Origin: Planctomycetota bacterium | GTDB lineage: Bacteria; Planctomycetota; Phycisphaerae; WQYP01 | Assembly (NCBI GenBank): GCA_021790475.1 | Contig: JAJYDU010000001.1 | Location: 1-57,034, forward strand | Reading direction: 5' to 3' | Length of the DNA stretch: 57,034 nucleotides | Shown: in pieces, positions 29,115-36,397 of the stretch | Position numbering within the stretch: the first letter of the stretch is position 1 | Layout: each line of letters opens with the position of its first letter | The notes under the pieces: generated by a model | Database searches by the model: none | What the model was told of the DNA's origin: nothing | The model's input: the letters and a program-made list of their open reading frames with translations, nothing else | Translations under genes and position numbers: made by a program

Positions 29115-30770
29115 CTATTCACCGGAATCGGCGTGGCGCATCTGATCGTCGATCCGCGCCAGCAGTTCGCGCAGGGACTCTCTGGAATGCAGCGCAAAGA
29201 AATATTCGCGCCATGCGGCCACGGCGGCGTTTTCCCGGGCGATCCCCGCCTGGACGATTTGACTCTCGATGTCTTGCATGACCCCCGGCGCCAGCTCCCC
29301 CAGCCGCTCATTGATCGCGTGCAGACGGCGAAACAGTTCGCCGCGTACGAGGCGGTTCGAAGCGTCGCGCCGCCGCCGGCCGCGATCTTCCCGAAGACTT
29401 GTCTTGATTCGTTCAATTGTTTCCTGACGCTCCTGAAGGAGGTTATCCGCGGAGCCGGATGCCGCCGCGCCCGCGGCAATAAGCAGTTGGGGATTGTGCG
29501 CCAGGTGATGGCGTTGCGCGCGCAGCCGGGCCGGGTCGGGCAACGATGCAACTTCATCCGCCGCCGGCAGCAACCAGCCGGCGGAAACGCACGCATAAGA
29601 TGGACAAACCTGAAATATGCTGCGCAGAATCTCGTCGGTGATCTGATCATACAACGCGCCGCCGATTCCATGGATAAAAAGATCGCTCAGATGCAGTCGG
29701 ATGAACATGGTCAGAGTCAACGCCCGGGGCCGGATGTGCAGGCGTTGCCGGGCCAGCGCTTCGTGCAGGCGCGGGGCGGCGGCGATCAGTTCGCCGGCGA
29801 GAAAAGAGGCGACGGGAAGCAGGCGATCGGAATAAAGAATTCCCCGTTCACCGGTGTCATCCAGCATGAGCCGGGCGCGCGGCTGGTTGTCGGAATAAAT
29901 CCAGAACGGCAGCTCAATATGTTGATCCGTGCGGAGCAGATCGGGCATCGGCCGGCCGGGATCCGAAATGCGGCGGGCGGCGCGGTAACGTCCCAGGGCG
30001 GCGTTGTACGCGCCGGACCAGGCCCGCGCCTCCCGCAGCCAGGCGAGTACAAACGCCGTCCAGGCGACCCCTTCGCAAAGCCGGCTGCACGGAACATGCC
30101 AAACGTTCAACCCCAGCGATATTTCGAAACGCCGCCGCGCGCCGCTGAGCCAGGGAACCAAATGCGGTTGCGAATCCTCGGCGAGAAAGCCCAGGAACTG
30201 TTCCAGGGCGTCGCTGCGAACCGGCGAATTGGCGAAAATATTTTCAATCCAGGCGCGGCGCGCCGCGGCGGAAGGAGCCGATAGCTGTTCCGCCGGCAAA
30301 GGACTGGCGTGGGCCCAGCGGACCAATTCCTTTTGCAAGCGGTCCCCTTTCCGCACCGGCACGACAAAACCGAACGGATCAACCCGATCATGATCAACGA
30401 GCAGATCGATCGCCAGGGCGCCGGTCCAACGGGCCAGGCGGTCCGCCAGAAGAACTTTGGCCCAGACGCCGGCGTGATAAAACTCGTTCTGATGACCGGT
30501 GATGATCCAGGGTTGTTGGAGAACGTCCGCCGGTGGCGGGGGAATATCCTGCAACTTGGCATGCGCGCAAAGACTCTCATAAAGCTCGCGCCGGGCGACG
30601 GCGGCGAGCGCGGGCCACGGCTCGGAGGAAATCCAGCCGGCGGACTTACCACGCCGGGCGATTACGGCCTGGTGGAGCACGGTTCCGGTCGGTTCCAGGA
30701 GCACCTGACCGTGCCGTCGCGGCACGAAGATCCGCGAACTTCGCGGCCCAACGAAACCGGACGGGACCAT
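29115..30770 (-). CDS. conserved hypothetical protein, distantly BshC-like (Rossmann-like GHQ...H.G...K signature)
   Basis: 551 aa. Residues ~89-105 IITGHQNEFYHAGVWAK followed by LLVDHDRVD resemble (from memory) the BshC GGQQ.GL..GPLY...K ... GEDHD.DE region. Similar length and helical C-terminus. Functional call is tentative. Confidence 0.4.
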   Translation of the reverse strand: MVPSGFVGPRSSRIFVPRRHGQVLLEPTGTVLHQAVIARRGKSAGWISSEPWPALAAVARRELYESLCAHAKLQDIPPPPADVLQQPWIITGHQNEFYHAGVWAKVLLADRLARWTGALAIDLLVDHDRVDPFGFVVPVRKGDRLQKELVRWAHASPLPAEQLSAPSAAARRAWIENIFANSPVRSDALEQFLGFLAEDSQPHLVPWLSGARRRFEISLGLNVWHVPCSRLCEGVAWTAFVLAWLREARAWSGAYNAALGRYRAARRISDPGRPMPDLLRTDQHIELPFWIYSDNQPRARLMLDDTGERGILYSDRLLPVASFLAGELIAAAPRLHEALARQRLHIRPRALTLTMFIRLHLSDLFIHGIGGALYDQITDEILRSIFQVCPSYACVSAGWLLPAADEVASLPDPARLRAQRHHLAHNPQLLIAAGAAASGSADNLLQERQETIERIKTSLREDRGRRRRDASNRLVRGELFRRLHAINERLGELAPGVMQDIESQIVQAGIARENAAVAAWREYFFALHSRESLRELLARIDDQMRHADSGE

Positions 30771-30812
30771 TTCGCGCGGCAGGATGGATTCAGGAATAAA
30801 AATGATGCGACC

Positions 30813-31541
30813 TCAACCACTGGCGGCGCATTGCGTACAAAGATCAACAGCCTCGAGTTCCCGAAAAAACACCTCCAGGTAATGTCGCAGACGTCGGTTC
30901 GGATCATCCAGATGCCCGCCGAAATGTCGGGAGGGGTCGTTGTAGATCAGACGCACGGGCAACTCCGCGATGCGCAGACCGGCCCGCACCGCCTGCACCC
31001 AGAACTGCATGGGGAAAGCGTAGCCGGGCTCCGTAAGCCGCAGTCTATTCATCGCCGCGACGCGATGGGCCTTAAACCCGCAGAAGCTGTCGGTAAGATG
31101 CAACCCCAGCCGGCGGTTCACTACCTGGGTGATAAGAATGTTGATGTTTCGGCGATCCGGCGGCGGCTGATCGCGGCGGTCGCCGGAGAGGAGGTAACGC
31201 GACCCGCTGATGATATCCGCTTCATCCCGCGCCGCGGCGGCGATGAAACATCCCAGCGACGCCGGCTCGTGCTGTTCGTCGCAGTCCATGGTGATCACCC
31301 AGTCGTAACGATCGGCCGCGGCGTAATGAAAAGCATCGGCGAGGCTTTTGCCATAACCGAAGTTATCCCGATGGCGCAGTACGCGAATGCCGCGGCGGCG
31401 GGCCAGAATCGCCGGTGTGGCGTCCGTCGAACCGTCGTCGATCACGAGTATATCGGTTTGGACGGCGGTGCGGATTTCGGCCAGCACCTTCGTCACATGC
31501 CGCTCTTCGTTGAATACCGGAATGGCGATAAGTACCTTCAT
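30813..31541 (-). CDS. glycosyltransferase family 2 (polyprenol-phosphate glycosyltransferase-like)
   Basis: 242 aa. MKVLIAIPVFNEE...LVIDDGSTD...MDCDEQH, a GT-A DxD architecture like Dpm1/ArnC-type enzymes. Confidence 0.85.
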   Translation of the reverse strand: MKVLIAIPVFNEERHVTKVLAEIRTAVQTDILVIDDGSTDATPAILARRRGIRVLRHRDNFGYGKSLADAFHYAAADRYDWVITMDCDEQHEPASLGCFIAAAARDEADIISGSRYLLSGDRRDQPPPDRRNINILITQVVNRRLGLHLTDSFCGFKAHRVAAMNRLRLTEPGYAFPMQFWVQAVRAGLRIAELPVRLIYNDPSRHFGGHLDDPNRRLRHYLEVFFRELEAVDLCTQCAASG

Positions 31542-31614
31542 GATACAGCTCCAACCTTCATGGTAGAAGAGCCGGCGGGGATGTCAAGCTGTATTGATGG
31601 AATTCTATAAACCC

Positions 31615-31751
31615 GGCGCGGCCGTTTTTCCGGACCGCCCTGGGAGCGCGGCTGTCCCCGGCCGCTTTTACTCCCTGGCGACGGCGCGGCGGCATTCGGT
31701 TTAAGCCCTGATCAGCGAAATTCGGCTGCTGCCCGGAAATATTGCCACGCC
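31615..31751 (+). repeat. degenerate relative of the MITE-like element (same termini, different interior)
   Basis: Left end GGCGCGGCCGTTTTTCCGGACC (about 18/22 to the TIR). Right end TGCCCGGAAATATTGCCACGCC (21/22). Confidence 0.55.
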
Positions 31752-31761
31752 ATATAAACCG

Positions 31762-31877
31762 GGCAGGGCATTTTTTCTCAGGAGCGGCCGCGGAAGCGGC
31801 GCGTCGCCCGGTGCGCCGGCCTGGCGGCAACCTTGCTCTTGCCGGTTCCGCGCCAACCACCGAAAAATCGCCACGCC
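31762..31877 (+). repeat. second, more degenerate TIR-bounded unit in tandem with the previous one
   Basis: Left GGCAGGGCATTTTTTC, right CCGAAAAATCGCCACGCC. It abuts the stop codon of the Tim44-like gene (31878). Confidence 0.4.
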
Positions 31878-33875
31878 TCAGGCGGCAACCGCCCGCTGTT
31901 GCCGCAGGGCATCCACGGCATGGGTGTAGAGCATATCTTTCTCCCGCCGGATCAGTATTTTCACGTCCGAAAGGCTTAAGCCGTACTGGAAGCCCACGCC
32001 GTTGATCAACCGCTGTTCGGACGTGGTTAAATCGCCGTTGGCCAGCGCGGCGGCGACCATTGCCCCGAGCCACTGCTGAACCTCAACCGGCGAGTGCGGT
32101 TCGGGGGTCTGCAATTGCCCGCGCCCGGCGGCGTCAATCATGCGATGGAGCTGTTCGTCCGTGATGTTCCGGCGCTTCGCCACGGCGCGAAGCATTTGCT
32201 CTTGCGCCGCGTCGATTCCGCGGTTGCGCACCACCGCCTTGACCATCCAGGCCAGCAGACCGCTGGGTTCCGGTGGCAGCGCCGCGCCGGCCCCCGGGGG
32301 GGCGTAAGCGGCGGCTTGCCCGTTCGCCGGGACCGGTTCGGCGCCTTGCGCCGGAAGCGATGGACCGGCGTTGTCAGACCGGGCCAGTTGCATCAATAGC
32401 TCCTGGGCTTGCGCACTGGACATCGCCAGCATGTCGGTGAGCACCCAGCCACGGGAGCCGTCATTGAATATGGCGCCGCAGTAACCGCACTTGTCGGAGG
32501 CGTCGTCAACCACCGGAGCGCCGCATTGGGGGCAGTGCGCGGAAGATATGCCGGCGGCGGTGTCGGTTTTGACGCCGGCCTTCCGTCCCAACACCATGAG
32601 GTTGCGAGCCAGGTTGGATTCCGGCGTCCGCCGGGCCTGCCCCTGGGCGTCGACCTGATAGCGGCGGGCGGACCATCGAATTTCCACAAGGGCCTGGTCC
32701 TGCCCGTCGCCGGGGATCACGCCCAGGGTTTCAACGCCACCCACGGCGCAATCGCCCCAGAACGCCCGCTCGCCGGTGGCCGGCGCCGCCAGCAGTTGCT
32801 GATACGCCCGGGTGAATTCCGGGGTGGCTACTTTTAGCAGCGGATCTACCTTGCCCAGCCGGTCCGCCCGCGCTTTTCGCCAGAACAGGACCGAGACCCG
32901 ATCTTCCAGGTCGGCCGGCGTGAAATCAGGATCGCGCTGCTCCAGCGCACACACGCCGGGCAGAACTTTGGGGTATTCCGGCCGCCATTCGGATTCCTGG
33001 GTTATTTGAACCAGCACCCAATCATACTGGCCGCTGCGCAACTGGGCGTGACAGTTTTCACAGCGGGCGCCGGCGTTTAGTTCGATGGGGGCGCCGCAAT
33101 TGGGACAATGACCTTCAATCAGACCGTCTTTGTCCGTACTCCGGGCGCCGCGGCGGCGCAGGAAAGACCAGTACTCGGTGAAATCTTCGCTTTGGCTGGA
33201 GCCGGAAAGAACGCGCGCGTCGGCCAGCGAAACCTGTTGATCCACCGCGCCGGCGTCGATGCGTACCACCGCGGTATCGAAGACATTATCCGAAGTAAGC
33301 TGCGCCAGTTGAACGGCCTGAACGGTAATATTCTCCATCCGGTCGCGTACGCCCTCCTCTTTCTGCTCCAGGAACTGCAGACCGAAACGTTCATGCACGC
33401 CGTCGGAAATAAACGGCCGGACGCTGTGCGGATTCTGGGCGCACCAGGCGTCCTGGATTTTCAAAAATGCCGTTTGCACACGCTGATAAAATCGGTCGAG
33501 TTGAAATGCCGGATCGCGCTGTTGCAGGGACGCCAGCGCGGCGGCTTCGCGGTTGGAGTCCATGGCGTCCAGGCCGCGCTGCGTGCGCCGGCCGCGGTAA
33601 TAGCCGGCAACGGAGGTGTGCGTCATATAATAGATCACGCCAACCACAATCATTAGGGGAATGCCGATCAAGGGATGGAGAAGTACAAGGAAATACAGTA
33701 GTTCAAAAAGCAGCGCGCCCCCGCCGCCACTCCCGCCCCCGCCGAAGCCGCCGCCGCCACCACCGAAACCTTCGCCGCCGCCGGCGCGGGCGAGCGCCAC
33801 CGCGGGCGCCAGCAGAAGCACGGCCATCGCCGCCATCAGAAGAAGTAGCAACCCATTTCGCCGTTGAAACCGCAT
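31878..33875 (-). CDS. membrane protein with two Tim44-like domains, two zinc ribbons and TerB-like C-terminal repeats
   Basis: Start ATG 33875 (MRFQRRNGLLLLLMAAMAV). Gly-rich tract GGGEGFGGGGGGFGGGGSGGGG, a second TM, LQQRDPAFQLDRFYQRV...ISDGV (Tim44-like), CPNCGAP...CENCHA, a second LEQRDPDFTPADLEDRV domain, then CPQCGAP...CGYCGA. Confidence 0.7.
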   Translation of the reverse strand: MRFQRRNGLLLLLMAAMAVLLLAPAVALARAGGGEGFGGGGGGFGGGGSGGGGALLFELLYFLVLLHPLIGIPLMIVVGVIYYMTHTSVAGYYRGRRTQRGLDAMDSNREAAALASLQQRDPAFQLDRFYQRVQTAFLKIQDAWCAQNPHSVRPFISDGVHERFGLQFLEQKEEGVRDRMENITVQAVQLAQLTSDNVFDTAVVRIDAGAVDQQVSLADARVLSGSSQSEDFTEYWSFLRRRGARSTDKDGLIEGHCPNCGAPIELNAGARCENCHAQLRSGQYDWVLVQITQESEWRPEYPKVLPGVCALEQRDPDFTPADLEDRVSVLFWRKARADRLGKVDPLLKVATPEFTRAYQQLLAAPATGERAFWGDCAVGGVETLGVIPGDGQDQALVEIRWSARRYQVDAQGQARRTPESNLARNLMVLGRKAGVKTDTAAGISSAHCPQCGAPVVDDASDKCGYCGAIFNDGSRGWVLTDMLAMSSAQAQELLMQLARSDNAGPSLPAQGAEPVPANGQAAAYAPPGAGAALPPEPSGLLAWMVKAVVRNRGIDAAQEQMLRAVAKRRNITDEQLHRMIDAAGRGQLQTPEPHSPVEVQQWLGAMVAAALANGDLTTSEQRLINGVGFQYGLSLSDVKILIRREKDMLYTHAVDALRQQRAVAA

Positions 33876-34315
33876 GGAATCATATTCTAGCGAAGTCGGG
33901 CGTCCGGTAGAAGCGCATTGCATGATCCGGTCCAAGATGGGGGTGTAACTCTTATTGTCGGCGGTCAGACGTCCCCGGTGCGCCGAGAGGCCCAACAGGT
34001 GTCCACCAGTCCGGCGTAATCAAGATAATACGCGACGCTCTCGAAATGGATGGCTTCACCGTGATCGTCGTGCAGTCCCACGACCTGTACGACCCGGCAA
34101 TCATGATCCAGCATTTGAAGAACTTCGCGCGGGCGATTGGCATGGCGGAATTGGTGTAGCAGGGGGCAATCGGTACCCGAATTTACCACTTTTTCCGGTG
34201 CGGCGTTTTTGCCATCTGATATTCCCTGGCAAAGTCCATTCCGATATTTCCCTTTAGGTCTGTGGCTATAATAACATGATGCGGTCAGCCAGGATTTTTT
34301 TCAGGAGCCGGGGTT

Positions 34316-34927
34316 ATGAAGTTAATCAGAATATCAATCGTTGCAGCGGCAGCACTTTTGCTCCTGGTGGTTGACGGCTGTACGGTAGCGCCGGTGTCCC
34401 AGCGGACGGGACTGATAAAGATGGGCAACCAGCCGATCACACTGCTGGGTAATCCGGTGCATGTCGGTGAGCTGGCGCCGGCATTTAAGGCTGTTGCCAA
34501 TAACATGACGGTTTACCATTTCCGGCCCGGACACGGAAAGGTGTGGATTATCTCCTCTGTGCCGTCATTGGATACACCGGTGTGCAGCTTGGAAACCCGG
34601 CATTTTAATTTAGTGGCTTCAACGCTGGGGAAGGATGTGGGAATTATCACCATCAGCATGGACCTGCCATTCGCCCAGAAACGATGGTGCGGAGACAAGG
34701 GCGTCAAGCACATCATGACCGTCTCCGATTACCGCTTTCACTCATTTGCCAAAGCGTATGGCGTATTGATGAAACAGAACGGTCTGCTGGCTCGCCAAGT
34801 GGTGGTGGTCGGAAAAAACGGGAAAATAGTTTATATGCAACTGGTGCCGGACATTGCCCACCCGCCGCATTACGCACCCGTACTGGCGGCAGCCCGCCAG
34901 GCGGCCGCGGTACCGTATAACGAATAG
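34316..34927 (+). CDS. tpx: thiol peroxidase (atypical 2-Cys peroxiredoxin), lipoprotein form
   Basis: Lipobox LLLLVVDGC. LLGNPVHVGELAPAF and SVPSLDTPVCSLE (peroxidatic Cys), typical of Tpx. Confidence 0.9.
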   Translation: MKLIRISIVAAAALLLLVVDGCTVAPVSQRTGLIKMGNQPITLLGNPVHVGELAPAFKAVANNMTVYHFRPGHGKVWIISSVPSLDTPVCSLETRHFNLVASTLGKDVGIITISMDLPFAQKRWCGDKGVKHIMTVSDYRFHSFAKAYGVLMKQNGLLARQVVVVGKNGKIVYMQLVPDIAHPPHYAPVLAAARQAAAVPYNE

Positions 34928-35298
34928 TCGCCGGCTTTTAATGTCCGGCCATCATTCAAGGAATTAAAATGAACCGTAGCGATTTTGAGCGGTATTCGGA
35001 TTCAATGTTTATCGCAAGATGTTGTAACCTGCGCCGAACAACCGCCGGTACATGAGGAGATTACGTTTGCGGCAGCCGTTCACACATTGGGGCCTTCTCG
35101 CACACGCCGGGCCTGATAGCCACCATGGTTCACCGTCCACGCGGCCGCGTGGTGGTAACCCGCGGCCGATTTCCGCATCGCCGTGAACGGTTAGCGCTTG
35201 GGGGAAATGCGGCTCCGGCAAGGGCTGTCGGCAAACCGATAACACGATGATGTGGGCCACATCGGTATAATGCCGCGCAGGTAATTGAGGATTTGGTC

Positions 35299-35670
35299 AT
35301 GGCTAAAACAAAATCTGAAGAGCGCGAAGATCGTATTCACCTGGAAATAGTGGTTGATGCCAATGGCCCTGAAGAAGTGGCGATGGGCTGGTATTATTAT
35401 CTCGATGATGTAATGAAGTTTCCGTTCACGGCCACCTGCAATGCCCAACGCGCGACATCGCCGCTGAAAAAAGGCGATGAAATTGAGGTTACAGCGTTGG
35501 CGGCCCCCGATGATTGCGGGCATGAGATATTTGTCGTGACCCGCTGGAAGGTCAAGAGCCGGTTGTCGGTTCCATTGGCACAGTTAAAACCGGCATCCAG
35601 CACGGATGACGCCACCAGGCAAGCGGTGGAGGATTGGCATTACTGGGTCCAACAAGGCTATGAATTCTGA
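35299..35670 (+). CDS. small conserved protein of the family annotated as calcium-binding protein
   Basis: ATG 35299 after GAGG. EE.AMGWYYYLDD...FPFTA.C....SPLKKGDE.EV...A.DDC..E.FV...W..R.L.VPL.QL...D..T..AVEDWHYWV.QGYEF matches my recollection of that family. Confidence 0.6.
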   Translation: MAKTKSEEREDRIHLEIVVDANGPEEVAMGWYYYLDDVMKFPFTATCNAQRATSPLKKGDEIEVTALAAPDDCGHEIFVVTRWKVKSRLSVPLAQLKPASSTDDATRQAVEDWHYWVQQGYEF

Positions 35671-35842
35671 TTGCCGCCTCTTTTCTTCGAATGGCGGCTT
35701 CCCGTTTAGCGACTTCAGAATTATTCCGCTCAATCTTTTCTTCCAGTTCCCGGCGTGTCGCCGCGACCAATGGCGCAGCCAGTGATTCCGTACGCTTGAT
35801 CTCGGTACCACATTGCGGGCGGATAATTGTCGGTTCAGCCAT
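35670..35842 (-). pseudogene. N-terminal remnant of a DUF2130-family gene
   Basis: MAEPTIIRPQCGTEIKRTESLAAPLVAATRRELEEKIERNNSEVAKREAAIRRKEAAI resembles the zinc-ribbon plus coiled-coil N-terminus of DUF2130 proteins. Homology stops where the convergent gene ends (35670). Confidence 0.45.
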
Positions 35843-36040
35843 CGGCAATTTCCCAGGAACAGATTTTTCAGCAGTATAATGCAAACCGGCGCTGCGGATA
35901 GAACACCGGGGTGCGGTTTGCCCGTAACGCCGGTAGCCGCGGTAGACGGACTTGTCATTCTTGCTGAGGCGCCGGTAATATGGACATTCATGGATGGGAT
36001 TTATGCGGAGGTTCCAGGAATGTGCCGGGCATTGAATCGG

Positions 36041-36169
36041 AGCGTGGCAATTTTTCCGGGCATCCCACATCAACCCGACCGGCGAGCCACCGGGTTTATC
36101 CCGGTGGGCTTCCGAACTCCCGTGAAAAGGCGGCTTTTTCAACCCCTGCCCGGATTTATTGCCACGCCG
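36041..36169 (+). mobile_element. MITE-like 129-bp repeat, copy 3
   Basis: Near-identical to copies 1 and 2 (first base A instead of G; right arm GGATTTATTGCC as in copy 1). No flanking duplication visible. Confidence 0.8.
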
Positions 36170-36397
36170 CCAACAATAGGGTCTTTTAGTTTTCAGGGCT
36201 GCTCGCATTTTTGCAGGAAAGCCTTGATCCGATTTCCCAATAAATCGGTCTGTTCCAGAATTCCATAAAAATGGATAAAGCCCGCTTAAGGGAAAACTAA
36301 AAGACCCTGCCTCCAACAATAGGAGTTACACCGTCCATGATGTGCCAATGCTCCCTTCTGCTACAATGCGGCGGTTAAATTCCAGGAGCAACGATCT

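Noticed and set aside
28253-29671. Full 472-aa ORF on the minus strand
   Set aside because: Only the C-terminal 252 aa (from MVEAILFDL, ATG 29011) look like a HAD hydrolase. The upstream part overlaps the 3' end of the BshC-like gene and is Arg/Cys/Pro-rich.
33965-34189. 74-aa GTG-initiated ORF (-) in the 440-bp gap between the Tim44-like gene and tpx
   Set aside because: It is the only open frame in the gap and its codon usage is not aberrant. It has no RBS, no recognisable motif, and overlaps an equally long + strand ORF. It is left unannotated for lack of support.
35843-36319. Upstream part of ORF 35552-36319 (-), and ORFs 35813-36268 and 35980-36189 (+)
   Set aside because: These read through MITE copy 3. 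The same repeat-derived peptides appear in ORFs 8122-8400, 8234-8497 and 21725-22204, so they are repeat translations, not genes.
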